Source of the DNA: an uncultured delta proteobacterium
Lineage (GTDB): Bacteria; Desulfobacterota; Syntrophorhabdia; Syntrophorhabdales; WCHB1-27
DNA length: 64,000 nt
Direction of reading: 5' to 3'
NCBI GenBank assembly: GCA_963810935.1
Contig: CAWEPK010000010.1
Span: 256,001-320,000, forward strand
The notes under the pieces were generated by a model. The model did no database searches and was not told the origin of the DNA. It saw only the letters and a program-made list of their open reading frames with translations. The translations under genes and the position numbers were made by a program. Below, piece after piece: positions 9,856 to 21,060 of this stretch. The first letter of the stretch is position 1; each line of letters begins with the position of its first letter.

Positions 9856-12313
9856 TCATTCTTTATTGTCCGGCGGGCCTACCCTCACTTTCACGATACG
9901 GTCCGGAAGCAGGTATCTCCCCGCCGTCTCATTGACTTCGTCAAGCGATACCTTCTCTATCCGCTGGGGCCAGACCTTAAAGAAACCGGGGGCCAGCCCG
10001 TACATCGTATCGAGGCACATGCTGGAGATAATGGCCCCGTTCGTCTGCATCTGTATGTAATGATTGCCGATCATATAGCGCTTGGCGTCGGCCACTTCTT
10101 GTTCGGTAAACCCCGCCGTGCGGATGCCGTCGATCTCTTCTTTCACGATGCGCTCTACGTCGGCGGCGTGAGACCCGTCGGTCCCTATGTAAATACCCAT
10201 TGCACCCACCTCGTAAGCTTCCTGGTTGAAAAAGGTAACGGCGTAGGCGAACGGGTTTTCCTCCCTGAGCTTCCTGTGGATCCTTCCCCCCATCCCTGAA
10301 AGCACTGCCCTCATCACTTCTACCGCGTACCTGTCCTCGTCGATCAGCCCCGGGCCGGGAAAACAGAAGATCAGATGGGTCTGGTAAATATTACGGATAA
10401 GCGACCTCTCCCTCGACGCATGGGGGACAAGCTCGACTTTCCGCAGTGCCCGGCCGCCGCCCGTCCAACCGGAAAAAAGGTCGCGGACGAGTTGTTCCGT
10501 CTCTTCTTTCCCGATGTCGCCCGAAAGGGCGAGCACCGCGCTTCCGGGGGCCAGGTAATTACGCCGCAGCGCCTCCAGGTCGTCCTGCGTCAGGGCCGTC
10601 ACGTCGCCTGCCGACCCTATCTGGTCCGATGCGTAGGGGTGGCCCTCGTAGAGCAATTTGTTCATCTCGGTGAAGGTATACTGCAACGGGTCGTCGTCCC
10701 TCCTGCGGATGTCGGAGAGCACCTCTTCCTTGATTCTCGCAAGCTCGTCCGGCCGGATGGCGTTCGATACGATCAGCTCCCTGACGAGGGAAAGGGCCTC
10801 TGCAAAGTCCTTCGTAAGGAACCGGCCGGACAGGCCGAAAACATTCCGTCCGCTGACCGGGCTTATGTCCCCCGCCATCAGATCGATTTTCTTCGCGATC
10901 TCCTGCGCGTCCATCTCCTCCGTCCCCCGCAGCAGCAGCCGGGACAATACGTTGAAGCTGCCGCTTTCGCCCCGCCTCTCTTCCTTGAGACCACCCACAA
11001 ACCCGATCATGAAAGAGAAACAGGCGCTTGCCGCGTTCCGGTTGTAGACGCACGTCATGCCGTTATCGAGGCGAAAGGTGAAGGGGTTCTGCTCCTTGCG
11101 CGGCAGCAGTGCAACGGTGACCCTGGCTTCCCGCCTGAGATAGACATCCAGGACCCGTATCAGGTCAGTAGCCGTGACCCGGTCAACGGCAGAAAGGTAC
11201 TTTTCGTCGTAAGCCGGGTCTCCCGTAAGCGTCTCGAAGGTGCCGAGCTCGGCGCGCCTTGCCCTGGACGGACTCTGCGCCGTACACATAGGACGCCCTG
11301 GCGATGTTCTTTGCTTTTTCGACCTCCCAGGCCCCTATCCCCTCCTCCCGCATGCGGATAAGCTCTCTCTCGAATGCCTCTACGATTTCTTCGTACCCGC
11401 GTCCCTTAAAGGTGGCGAGCAGCACAAAAATACCTCTCCGCACGGGTGTAAACACATACGAATCGGTGTCTGTGACGATCCCCTCCTTATGCTTCAGCGC
11501 AGACTGAAGGCGCGAGCTGTCCCCATCCGTAAGGATCTTCGAAAGCACATCGAGCGCAGGCGTGTCCTCGTCACTGAACGGGCCGATGGGGTAAGAAAGG
11601 GCAATGTAGCTCTCGGCCACGTCCTTCTCTATGATTTTCAGGCGGTCCTGCGCGCCCGGCGCCTCGGACGGCGGCTGTGCGCTTTTTTCGGGCGCCCCGG
11701 AAGGCGCGCCTTCAAGGATATCGAGCATAACGTCTTTATCGAAATCACCCACCACAACGACCGCCGTCCGGTCAGGCGTGTAGTGGCCCCCGAAATATGT
11801 GATTATGTCGTCCCTGCCGATGGAAGCGACCGACTGCGGGTACCCTATGATGGGCCGCCCATAAGGATGGCCGGGGTAGCTCGCCAGGAAAAGCTCGTTA
11901 AAGAGCTTGCGCTGGGGGTCGTCCTCTCCCATCTTTATCTCTTCCAGCACGACTTTCTTCTCTTTCTCAAGCTCTTTTTCGGGAAAGGCAGGGTGGAATA
12001 CGGAATCGACCAGGAGCCTTAACCCCCCTTCGAAGGCGTCGCTCGGGACCACGATGTGATAAACCGTGTTGTCGTGCGAGGTGAAGGCGTTGATGGCGCC
12101 CCCCATAGCCTCGATCTTCGGGGCAATCTCATATCCCGGCCCGCTGTCGGTCCACTTGAATATAAGGTGCTCTATGAAATGGCTGATGCCTGCAATCCGC
12201 TCGTTCTCGAAGGCGCTCCCCACCTGCACCCACACCTGGGCCGCGGCAACGCCCACGCCTTTTCTCTGGTCGATGATGCATCTCAGCCCGTTCTTCAACT
12301 GTATCGTTTCCAT
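9856..12313 (-). CDS. M16 (pitrilysin) family zinc peptidase, apparent +1 frameshift near 11251
   Basis: HFIEH inverted zincin motif, INAFTS and HPYGRPIIG in the N half. A second M16 lobe lies in ORF 9856..11289. Removing one C joins ...GKAR to ELGTF.... Confidence 0.85.
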
Positions 12314-12387
12314 GCCTTTTCGCACTCTCCAATAATAATATAATGATTTACGCGAAAGAGGAGGAGGCCTTACGCGACCGCTCGCTT

Positions 12388-13703
12388 TCAGGGCGCCGCA
12401 ATGGCGGCCAGGCGGGTTACTATGTCTTTCGTCCCCTCAAACCCTTCGATGAGGTTGGCCGTCGATATCCTCTCGTTCAACCCGTGCATCCCCATGTTAT
12501 CTTCTTTCGTTAAGGTGACCGGGAAAAAACCGTAAGCGGGGATGCCGAGGTTGCGGAAATGGCGCAGGTCCGTCGCACCCGTCGTCAATGAAGGCAGGAC
12601 GGGGATGTCGCCCTTCAGCGATCGCACGGCTTCCTCTATTGCCCGGAAATAGGGGGTGTCATAGGGCGAGGCGGCGGAATCGGTCCTGCCCGTAAGGAGG
12701 ACCTCGACATCTTTGCCTGCCAGCCTCTGCATTTTACTGATGAAGGCGTCATGAGAGGCATCGGGCAGTATGCGCGCATCGAACTGGGCAGTCGCTTCCG
12801 TGGGGATTACGTTCACCTTCTCGCCGCTTGCGAGCATAGTCGAAGTGACGGTATCGCGCAGGATCGAGTTCAAGTGGGGATCAGCCTCGATGTATGCCAG
12901 AAATTTCTTGTCGGAAAGGGCCTCTTTCACGCTTCCGCAACGAAAACCGCCGATCTTGCCTTCCTTAAGCATGCCGGCGAGGTACTTTCTCACAAGGCCG
13001 ATGGCCCGCAAAGGCTGCTTCCCGGCAATGATCCTTCCGGCAGCACGGATGATCTTATCGTTGGCGTTGTCGCCGTGCGGCATCGAGCCGTGGCCGCCGG
13101 TCCCTACGGCCTTAAGCATGAACTGGCAGACCTTTTTTTCGGCCACCGCCACCTGGGCATGCAGAAAACCCGCCTCGTCCGAGATATCGCCCCCTTCGCT
13201 CAATACGAAGGAGGCGCTCGTAAGCTCCCTGGCCTTTTTCAGCACGTATTCGACCCCGAGCTTACCCGAAGTCTCCTCGTCGCCGGTGGCAAGGAAAATC
13301 ATGTCGCGAGCGGGCGTTATGCCCTGTCTGTGCACTCCATGAAAGCAAGAAGCAGGCAGATGACCTGCGATTTCATGTCGATCGCGCCGCGGCCGTAAAT
13401 GAAGCCGTCTTTAATTACGCCTGAGAACGGCGGGACCACCCACCCCTCGTTATGGGCAGGCACCACGTCTATATGGCCAAGCAGCACGACGGGCCTGCCC
13501 GGTCTTCTCCCTTTCAGGCGCGCCAGAAGGTTCGCCCGCCTCGGCTCTGGGGAGTAAATCTGCGAAGCCATGCCTTCCTTCTTCAGCATTGCCTCGATGA
13601 ACCGGACGGCCCCTTCTTCGTTCCCCGGAGGGTTCGACGTGTCGATCTTTATGAAATCGGACAGGGCCTTGACTACAGGATGGCTCGCATCAGCGCTCTT
13701 CAT
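12388..13703 (-). CDS. M20/M25/M40 family metallohydrolase, apparent -1 frameshift near 13336
   Basis: GHIDVVP, YGRGAIDMK, DEE, GGHGS, GATD and HGLNERI motifs split over two ORFs. The ATG at 13703 overlaps the end of the GGDEF gene. Confidence 0.85.
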
Positions 13704-15105
13704 AACGCACAATATTTTTTCCTTCACTTTTTGCCCGATATAGAAGCTCGTCAGCAGCGCCTATGAGCTTCTCTGCGTCTCCTTCTTCGTGGCAGCCCGC
13801 GACGCCGCCGCTGACTGACGCCTGGATCTCTTTCTCCTCATAGGAAAAGGCCTGCGCCGCAAGCTTTTGCCTCAGGCGGTCCGCTATGATCGCTGTGTCC
13901 CGCACATCAGTCTCCGGCAGTATTACGAGGAATTCCTCTCCGCCGTATCGGCCCACGCTGTCGATCCCTCGCACCCCGCCCCTTAAGGTATGCGCCACCC
14001 CGACCAATACGGCGTCACCCGCAAGGTGGCCGTAGAGATCGTTGATCTCTTTGAAATTATCGATGTCGAACATGATAATGGAGAGGTGAGAGCCGTAACG
14101 GCGGGACCGCTGAACTTCTTCCTCGAGCTTCGAGACAATTGCGAGGTGATTGTAAAGCCCGGTCAGGCCGTCGCATACGGAAAGAGATTTGATCTCTTCG
14201 AAGAGATTGATCTTCTCCAGTGCAGTCGTTATGTGCGAACAAAACCTCTTGAAAACCGATTCCTCTTCGTAGCTAAAGGGCTTGCCACGATATACACCCG
14301 CGTAGCCGCACGTCCTGCTGCTCGTCACGAGGGGGACTATCACGGATTTCAGGTCATCGGACGACGACCGGCTGTCCGCCTTCCCGCTGATGACGACCTT
14401 CACCTTCTGCTCCCGCTCCTGCTCCGCGAGACGCGTCATCTTCTTTATAAGCGTGCCTGTTATGACGTCTCCTATGTCCTGACCGAGGCTGACGTTCGGG
14501 TACACATATATCTCGAACTGGCCCTGCCTCGGCACGAGGGCGGCGAAGGCCTCGAAGGAGAGGTAATTCTTTATGAGGGAAAAGGCATGCTTGAAAATCG
14601 AGGCGGGTTCTTCCGTTTCGCCTATCATATGCTGCAAGCCTTTAACCAGCTCGAGCTCCAGCAGGTTGAGCTTGTCCGCCTCCCGCCTGCTTTCCATCTC
14701 CGAGATGGCCGCGGCGGACTTGCGCCTGCCCGCGTACTCCTTTATCGCATTCGTGACGATGAGATAGACTTCTTCTTTGCTGGCAATCGGTTTTTCGATG
14801 CACGTACAAGCCCCGGCTTGCAGCGACAAAAGCCTTTCCGCTCCTCCCGCGGTGATTGCGATCACGGGCAGGCCCGGCTCGGCCTGCCGGATACTCTTGA
14901 GCATGTCGTCGGGAACACCGCTTTCCGATGGGGCGATATCGAGGAGAAGCGCTTCGGGTCTTGCCGGCGCTATATGGTCCTTTGGGTAACCGGCGTGGGA
15001 AAGGACCTCGCCTTCGAGATCGCCGTATCCGATGAGAAATGCATCGAACCATTCTCGAAGCGCGGGATCGCCGGTAACGATGAGAAGCCTTTTCCGTTTC
15101 TCCAT
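13690..15105 (-). CDS. Diguanylate cyclase with degenerate N-terminal receiver and GAF-like domains
   Basis: DGLTGLYN, DIDNFKEIND.YGH, RYGGEEF. The N-terminus is REC-like (LLLD...IEKP). Confidence 0.88.
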   Translation of the reverse strand: MEKRKRLLIVTGDPALREWFDAFLIGYGDLEGEVLSHAGYPKDHIAPARPEALLLDIAPSESGVPDDMLKSIRQAEPGLPVIAITAGGAERLLSLQAGACTCIEKPIASKEEVYLIVTNAIKEYAGRRKSAAAISEMESRREADKLNLLELELVKGLQHMIGETEEPASIFKHAFSLIKNYLSFEAFAALVPRQGQFEIYVYPNVSLGQDIGDVITGTLIKKMTRLAEQEREQKVKVVISGKADSRSSSDDLKSVIVPLVTSSRTCGYAGVYRGKPFSYEEESVFKRFCSHITTALEKINLFEEIKSLSVCDGLTGLYNHLAIVSKLEEEVQRSRRYGSHLSIIMFDIDNFKEINDLYGHLAGDAVLVGVAHTLRGGVRGIDSVGRYGGEEFLVILPETDVRDTAIIADRLRQKLAAQAFSYEEKEIQASVSGGVAGCHEEGDAEKLIGAADELLYRAKSEGKNIVRYEER

Positions 15106-15137
15106 AAAAAAGAAGGGGGGAACGAGTCCCCCCCTTT
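15106..15137 (-). terminator. Intrinsic terminator of the small Lys-rich ORF
   Basis: Minus strand AAAGGGGGGGACTCGTTCCCCCCTTCTTTTTT: GC hairpin followed by a U tract. Confidence 0.75.
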
Positions 15138-15141
15138 GATG

Positions 15142-15228
15142 TTACTTCTTACCCTTCTTATCCTTCTTTGGCGCCGCTTTCTTCGGTGCCGCCTTCTTTG
15201 CTCCGCAACCTTTCACTCCGCAAGTCAT
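15142..15228 (-). CDS. 28-aa Lys/Ala-rich small protein MTCGVKGCGAKKAAPKKAAPKKDKKGKK (absent from the ORF track)
   Basis: Has its own promoter, a GAAAGGGGGTGA RBS, an ATG...TAA frame and a downstream terminator. Confidence 0.7.
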   Translation of the reverse strand: MTCGVKGCGAKKAAPKKAAPKKDKKGKK

Positions 15229-15252
15229 ATCTCTCACCCCCTTTCAAAAACC

Positions 15253-15281
15253 ATATTATGTAAAATGGTCTTTGTTGTCAA
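15253..15281 (-). promoter_or_regulatory. sigma70 promoter of the small Lys-rich gene
   Basis: TTGACA-N17-TAATAT on the minus strand. Confidence 0.7.
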
Positions 15282-15305
15282 CAACAATGTTAGCGTTTGT
15301 CTGTG

Positions 15306-15527
15306 CTATGCCGAGACAACTTCCTTCACTTCCGGCACCTGCTTTTTCAGCTCGCTCTCGACACCCATCTTGAGCGTCATCATGCTCATGGGGCAACTAC
15401 CGCAAGCGCCCGTCAGCTTCACCTTTACAACGCCGTCCGTCGTAACGTCGACCAGTTGTATGTCTCCCCCATCCCGCTGCAGCATGGGTCTGATCTTCTC
15501 TATAACCTCTGCGACTTTTTCTTTCAT
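15306..15527 (-). CDS. NifU/Nfu-type Fe-S carrier (single domain)
   Basis: IRPMLQRDGGD and GACGSCP. Confidence 0.92.
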   Translation of the reverse strand: MKEKVAEVIEKIRPMLQRDGGDIQLVDVTTDGVVKVKLTGACGSCPMSMMTLKMGVESELKKQVPEVKEVVSA

Positions 15528-15692
15528 CGTTTCCTCCGACTTTTTTGTTTTCTCCCTCGCGGGTTACCTTAGTATAACCCTCCGCAAGGCACCTGTAAAG
15601 AAAAGCAGCGGCATTATTAGGAGAAATCCACCAGGAAACGGTTCACTAATTCAGCATAGCCGGCGCAAGCGAGGCAGGTGTGCCGAGGGCCC

Positions 15693-16775
15693 TTACGCGC
15701 GGCGCTCGAAGCCGGGCAGGGAAGACGATATATTCCTGGAAAACGCGAGCACGGAGATCATGGCGCCCAGGCCTTCAGGGTTGATAAGCCATTTCGCGGC
15801 CACCCTGTCGGCCGCAGGTATCTCTCCGAGCGCCTCTATCGCTCCGGCCTTACAGAGGAAGCGGTATTGCTCGATCTCCCCTTCCCTGCGCCAGCCTTCT
15901 TCTTCGAGCATGGCCGAAAGGTGGTCAAAGTTCACGTGGTGGGTGATATCCATGGAGCCAAGGCCCGCGAACAGGTCTTCCCGTATCTCCCTGTGCTTGT
16001 AGCCGAGCGCGCTCCCGCCGAAGAACCTGCCTGCGGCAATTTCGGCCCCGTGGTACCCGTAGTCGAAAACGAGAAGGCAACCCTCGGCGACGATCTTTGA
16101 GACGGCGCGGACTATCGGGAGCATGGCGCCCGTCGCCTCCGACACCTGGCCCTCCTGCACATAAACTGGGTAGCGGCGAAGGAACTCGGCGAGCTTCGCG
16201 CCGGGCCGACCGGGCTGCTCGAAGAAGCCGTCCTGCCACCCTACGTAGACCTCCTCTATATCTCCATGCCTGTTGATTACCTTATGGAAGGGCAAAGCGT
16301 CGAAGAACTCGTTCGCGATAACAAAGGTCGGGCCTTCCATGCGGGGCGCTTTGTCAAGGCTTTCGACCCATTGTACCTTGCCGCGTCTTTCTTTCTTCCC
16401 TTTCTCCAGTATGACGTAGCGTTCCAGGGAAAGGCGGGTGAAGGCCGAGGCGATGTCTGCCGCGAGCCTGCCGGAGGCGCCGCCGAGCTCCAGCACATTT
16501 ACCGACGATTTGCCGAGGCGCGCGCAGACGTCTTCGATATAGCGGCCGATAACGCGTCCGAAAACGGCGTGGATTTCGGGAGAGGTAATATAATCGACGC
16601 CCTCCTGCTTACCCGCCCTGTAGTAGCCGTGCTGCTCGTCGTAAAGGACGGCCTCGACGAAGCTTTCATAAGTGATCGGGCCAACGCGTGCGATCCGCGC
16701 CCGCAAGGCGCCTTCAAGGCCACCGGCGCGCGCCACGTCCCCTGCCGTCTTTACGCCTTTTTTTTCAGCGGTCAT
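15693..16775 (-). CDS. MidA/NDUFAF7-family SAM-dependent methyltransferase
   Basis: GYY, DYITSPEI, ELGG, ANEFFDALP, DYGY and DITHHVNF. The start is uncertain. Confidence 0.88.
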   Translation of the reverse strand: MTAEKKGVKTAGDVARAGGLEGALRARIARVGPITYESFVEAVLYDEQHGYYRAGKQEGVDYITSPEIHAVFGRVIGRYIEDVCARLGKSSVNVLELGGASGRLAADIASAFTRLSLERYVILEKGKKERRGKVQWVESLDKAPRMEGPTFVIANEFFDALPFHKVINRHGDIEEVYVGWQDGFFEQPGRPGAKLAEFLRRYPVYVQEGQVSEATGAMLPIVRAVSKIVAEGCLLVFDYGYHGAEIAAGRFFGGSALGYKHREIREDLFAGLGSMDITHHVNFDHLSAMLEEEGWRREGEIEQYRFLCKAGAIEALGEIPAADRVAAKWLINPEGLGAMISVLAFSRNISSSLPGFERRA

Positions 16776-16791
16776 TTTTTCGACATGGGCC

Positions 16792-17583
16792 TTACTTGCC
16801 CGCGTTGAGACCGACCCGGAACAGGTAGCCCTGGAAGGCAAAAACCACTCCGTCCGGGACGATCTCGTTAACGCGCAGTCCCGGCGAAAGCTCCTGGCCC
16901 TCCTGAAGAATTTTTTCGTTGATCCTCGCCACCCGCGTTTGCGGGTCTGCGCTGTAAGCGTGACCCGATATCCTGAACTCGGGCAAAGCGCCCCTGATGG
17001 CGGACGGCAGCTCTCCGATCTCGATCATCCGGCCTGCGGTCTTCCTGTTCCTTTCCCTCGGGGCTTCCTGTCGCGCAGGCGGCTTCTCGCCCTGGACGGC
17101 AGACGCCCGGGGCAGGCGCGATATTTCAAGCGACCGTCTCGATGCCGCCGCTTCACCCGATCCTGCGCCTTCCGTCCTGGCATCTTTACCAACGGGCACG
17201 GCTGCCTGAGCTGCGGCTGCGGCCGGTGGAACCACCGCCCGATCCGGCAAAGGGGCGCCGCCCGTCGCAGGCGCGCCTACAGCAACCGATGCCTGGCTTG
17301 AGCCACCTTCGGCAAGGACCGTGCCCGGGACAGGTTGTGGGCTTTCCTTCGCCGGACCTGCGCCCTGCTGCATCGCGCTATTCCCTTTTTCCACCTCGCG
17401 GCCGCTTATCCACCACATAATTGCGACAGCATTCAACAGGAGCACGGCAGAGAGGATATAAGGCCACGAGAGCCGCCTTTTGGGCGCACTCTCCCGGCCC
17501 AGGGAAAACACCGCGAGCCTCGGCGCTTCCTCGCGCTCTCTCTTCTGCTCCAGTTTCTTCAGGGCTTCGAGAATATAGGACAT
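16792..17583 (-). CDS. exeB: General secretion pathway protein B (ExeB/GspB)
   Basis: MSYILEALKK N-terminus, single TM helix, C-terminal ISGHAYS...INEKILQEG domain; directly after exeA. Confidence 0.85.
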   Translation of the reverse strand: MSYILEALKKLEQKREREEAPRLAVFSLGRESAPKRRLSWPYILSAVLLLNAVAIMWWISGREVEKGNSAMQQGAGPAKESPQPVPGTVLAEGGSSQASVAVGAPATGGAPLPDRAVVPPAAAAAQAAVPVGKDARTEGAGSGEAAASRRSLEISRLPRASAVQGEKPPARQEAPRERNRKTAGRMIEIGELPSAIRGALPEFRISGHAYSADPQTRVARINEKILQEGQELSPGLRVNEIVPDGVVFAFQGYLFRVGLNAGK

Positions 17584-17584
17584 G

Positions 17585-19243
17585 CTACCTGACCACCTTC
17601 TCCGCAAGGACCGGACCCCGGTTGGCGGCGCCTGCCCCGCTAAGCCGCATGATCGTGCGCGGCCCTGCGACCCCGTCCGGCACTATATCCGATGCAATCT
17701 GAAATGTCCTTACCTGCCTCTGCAGGGTCTCGTCGAATACGCTTTCCTTCCCGGCAGCCGGCTGCCGGCCGGCCGCGACGGCGAGCTGCCTTTCGAGCCA
17801 GGCCACCTGGCTCCCGCGCGCGCCCCGTTTCAGCTCGCCTGCGTAACCAGGCGGCGTGCGCCATAAGAGAAGGTAGCTGCCCGACCAGCGCCCGGCTATC
17901 CGGCCGGTGTCTACACGCCTCGTCTCGCCCCCTATCACGACGGTAGCAGTCTCGCCTTTCAGCGCGGTCAGCGTCCCGTAGTATTCGACGTTCTTATCGT
18001 CGATGAGGCTCAGAAAGGCAGGCCGGTTGATCTCCACCAGGGTACTGATGCTGCCCCTGCCCCAGAGACACGCCAGCCCTTGCGACCGTGCCTGTTCGCA
18101 GGGCCGCCGCTTGTCCCTCTCATCGTAGCGGATGCCCCATGCATTAAAAAGCGCCGTATATGCGGCCGCCCGTGTGGCCGTCGGACTCCGGCCTTCCGGT
18201 CTTTCCAATCCGGCCGGCGAGAGGGCAGCGGCTTCTTCTTTCGCCGTGTCCGCTCCTTCCGGTCCCTTAGCGGCTTTTTCCGCCTGCGTCACACCTTCCG
18301 CCGCCCGATGGCCTGCCTGGGCGGCATTGACGGGTTTTCCGCCCGGGACTGCGTAGAGATAATAGAAGCCGGCCGCGACGCCGAGCAGGACTAAAAGAGC
18401 ACCCGCCGCAACAGGGACCAGGGCCCGTCTGCGCGTTCCCGTTGCCTCCCTCGCGGCCTTCCGCAACGTCCATACGTCAACACGCTCCTTGCCGTCGGCG
18501 AATGCACCTAGCATCGCCCTGTCGCATATGACATTGATGAGCCGGGGGACGCCCTTGGTAAGCCGGTGTATCATCCGTACAGCCGCCGGCGTGAAGGGGC
18601 GCAACCTGACGACGCCGGCCGCGGACAACCGATAGTCGATATAGTCGGGGATTTCCCTGCGTGAGAGGGGGCCCAGATGATAGCGGGCCGTGATGCGCTG
18701 CGATAACTGGCGAAGCTGAGGCGCTGCAAGCATCTCGCGAAGCTCGGGCTGCCCGATCATTATCATTTGAAGGAGCTTCTGTTGCCGCGTTTCCAGGTTG
18801 GTAAGCAGACGTATCTGCTCAAGTACCTCGATCGACAGGTTCTGCGCCTCTTCGACGATCAGGACGGCCCTCCGTCCCTTGTCATGGACACTCAGCAGGT
18901 AATCGTTTATCCGGTCGACGAGCGCCTTTACGCTCGTTGTGCCTTCCGGGTAGGCAATCCCGAACTCGTCACAGACGGCAGCCAGCAACTCGTTAGCCGT
19001 TAATTTCGGGTTGAGTATGAACGCAACTTCCGTGCCTTCGGGGATTAATTCGAGGAAACGGCGGCAGACGGTGGTCTTGCCCGTCCCCACTTCGCCCGTC
19101 AGGAGGACGAAGCCGCCTTCTCCCGTCGTGCTGAAAAGGAGGTGGGCAAGAGCCTCCTTATGGCCCTCGCTCATGTAGAAGCATGACGGGTCGGGAACGA
19201 TTGAAAACGGTTTCTTCGTAAGACCGAAATATTCTTCGTACAT
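17585..19243 (-). CDS. exeA: ExeA/GspA AAA ATPase with C-terminal peptidoglycan-binding domain
   Basis: YFGL..KPF, Walker A GEVGTGKTT, GQPEL, QRI, GVPRLIN, and a C-terminal FQ....DGVAG motif. Confidence 0.92.
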   Translation of the reverse strand: MYEEYFGLTKKPFSIVPDPSCFYMSEGHKEALAHLLFSTTGEGGFVLLTGEVGTGKTTVCRRFLELIPEGTEVAFILNPKLTANELLAAVCDEFGIAYPEGTTSVKALVDRINDYLLSVHDKGRRAVLIVEEAQNLSIEVLEQIRLLTNLETRQQKLLQMIMIGQPELREMLAAPQLRQLSQRITARYHLGPLSRREIPDYIDYRLSAAGVVRLRPFTPAAVRMIHRLTKGVPRLINVICDRAMLGAFADGKERVDVWTLRKAAREATGTRRRALVPVAAGALLVLLGVAAGFYYLYAVPGGKPVNAAQAGHRAAEGVTQAEKAAKGPEGADTAKEEAAALSPAGLERPEGRSPTATRAAAYTALFNAWGIRYDERDKRRPCEQARSQGLACLWGRGSISTLVEINRPAFLSLIDDKNVEYYGTLTALKGETATVVIGGETRRVDTGRIAGRWSGSYLLLWRTPPGYAGELKRGARGSQVAWLERQLAVAAGRQPAAGKESVFDETLQRQVRTFQIASDIVPDGVAGPRTIMRLSGAGAANRGPVLAEKVVR

Positions 19244-19368
19244 GGCCGTCTGAGAGTGGGATATGCCTTCTTATCCGGCCCCTCTCCTCTTTGCTTTAGT
19301 CGGTTGTTTCCTTTTATGAATGATACCGTCTTTCGTCGCCAAAGATCAACTGAATTACGGGAAGAGGC

Positions 19369-21045
19369 CTATTTGTTCCTTGCCGACCGTGTGAAGAAAA
19401 GGATAGAGAGCGCGCAGAAAAGAGCCACAGCGGCTTTAAGGACAAAGAGGAGTGCTCCCGTCGCGGGGACATCGATAAATAACAGGACGAAGGCCAGAAA
19501 AGCAAAGAACAGCAGGCAGACGTGCGCGGTCCTTATGTCGGAGATGCGCATCGCCTCCCTCGCCGGGGCAGCCGGGTCCCTGCGGCCGGGATCGGCGTCC
19601 GGCGCCCGCCTCCTGCCGCGTTCCAGAAGCCAGTCCCGCGCCCGGTCGGGCAGCTCCTTGACAAGGGCCGTGTAGTCGATGAGGTCGTTTGCCATGGAGG
19701 CACGCAGGCGTGAAGGATCGACATACGTCTCGAAGGCCTTCTTTACGGAAGGCGCGAGGTGGTCGTTAAAATCAAAGTCAGGATAAAGGGCGAGGCCCAT
19801 CGCCTCCGTCGTGATGATCGCCTTGGAGAAAAGGGCCAGGTCCGCGGGAAAGCCGATCTTGCGCGCCGCCCCCTTGTTGATGAGCCTGAAGAATATCCAC
19901 GCGATGCTCGGGTTTGCGGGCGAAAAGAAAAGCTCGCTCAGCACCTCGTAGGCATCCTTCTCGAAGCCCGCCGTATCACTTGCCTCCGTGACGCGTGCAA
20001 GGCGCAGGAAATGCGCCAGGAACCTTTCTATATTTTTGTTCGCGAAGGCCACCAGGCAACTCGTAAGCTCGCGGCGCTGCTCCTCGTTGAGGTAGCCCAC
20101 CATGCCGAAATCGTAAAAACAAAGGCCGTTGCCCTCTATCGCAAAGGAATTGCCGGGGTGGGGGTCGGCGTGGAAGAACCCGTCGACCAATATCTGCTGA
20201 AGCTGTGCATCGACGCCGTGGAGGGCAAGCAGCTTGCGGTCCAGGCCCTCTTTTTCGACCGCCGCGAGGTCGTCCGTCCTTACGCCGTGGATGTACTCCA
20301 TCGTAAGGACGCGCGAAGTCGTATAGTCCCAGTAGATGGCCGGCACCTTTATGTGCGGGTTGCCGGCGAAGGCGAAGCGGAAGCGGTCGGCATTGCGTCC
20401 TTCGACCGCGAAGTCGAGCTCGCGGCGCGTCCAGTCGGCAAACTCCTTCACTACCTGCACGGGGCTGTATGGGCGCACTGCCGGTAGAAGCCGTTCGGCG
20501 AGGCGGGTGAGGGCCAGCAGGATGCCTATGTCCTGGTCGATCACCTTTCGTATGCCGGGACGCTGGACCTTGACCGCCACCTCCTCCCCGTGGTCGAGGA
20601 ACGCACGATGCACCTGCGCGAGCGATGCGGCTGCGACCGGCTGTCTGTCGAACGAGCGGAAGACGGCATCGGGCGGGCCGCCCAGGTCCTCCCTGATGAT
20701 GCGCTCCACGTCTTCGAAGGGGAAAGGCGTGACGTCGCTTTGGAGCTTGGACAGCTCGTCCGAAAGCTCCTCGCCGACGAAATCCGGGCGCAGGCTCAGT
20801 ACCTGCCCGAGTTTGACGAAGGTGGGTCCGAGTTTTTCGAGGGTTTGCCGAAGGAGTGGGGCGGGTATCCCCGCGAGGCCGCCTGCGGCGCGGCGACCTG
20901 CGGCCTTCGACGGGCGGGGCCGGGGCCCGGCCGCATCCGTAAGGGGCTGACGGCGGAGGCGGAAGCGCGCGGCGAGGTACCTGCCGCCGAGAACCACCAC
21001 GGCGGCAACGATGAGCCGCAGCCTCCCGAGGCCCGCTATGCGCAT
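19369..21045 (-). CDS. ABC1/UbiB (AarF) family atypical kinase
   Basis: LGPTFVKLGQ, AAASLAQVHRA, VAVKVQRP, HADPHPGN and DFG. Confidence 0.92.
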   Translation of the reverse strand: MRIAGLGRLRLIVAAVVVLGGRYLAARFRLRRQPLTDAAGPRPRPSKAAGRRAAGGLAGIPAPLLRQTLEKLGPTFVKLGQVLSLRPDFVGEELSDELSKLQSDVTPFPFEDVERIIREDLGGPPDAVFRSFDRQPVAAASLAQVHRAFLDHGEEVAVKVQRPGIRKVIDQDIGILLALTRLAERLLPAVRPYSPVQVVKEFADWTRRELDFAVEGRNADRFRFAFAGNPHIKVPAIYWDYTTSRVLTMEYIHGVRTDDLAAVEKEGLDRKLLALHGVDAQLQQILVDGFFHADPHPGNSFAIEGNGLCFYDFGMVGYLNEEQRRELTSCLVAFANKNIERFLAHFLRLARVTEASDTAGFEKDAYEVLSELFFSPANPSIAWIFFRLINKGAARKIGFPADLALFSKAIITTEAMGLALYPDFDFNDHLAPSVKKAFETYVDPSRLRASMANDLIDYTALVKELPDRARDWLLERGRRRAPDADPGRRDPAAPAREAMRISDIRTAHVCLLFFAFLAFVLLFIDVPATGALLFVLKAAVALFCALSILFFTRSARNK

Positions 21046-21060
21046 CGGTGAAGGCCGCCT

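Noticed and set aside
13990..16002. 670-aa plus-strand ORF and other long antisense ORFs
   Set aside because: Shadow frames of well-supported minus-strand genes in GC-rich DNA, with no recognisable motifs.
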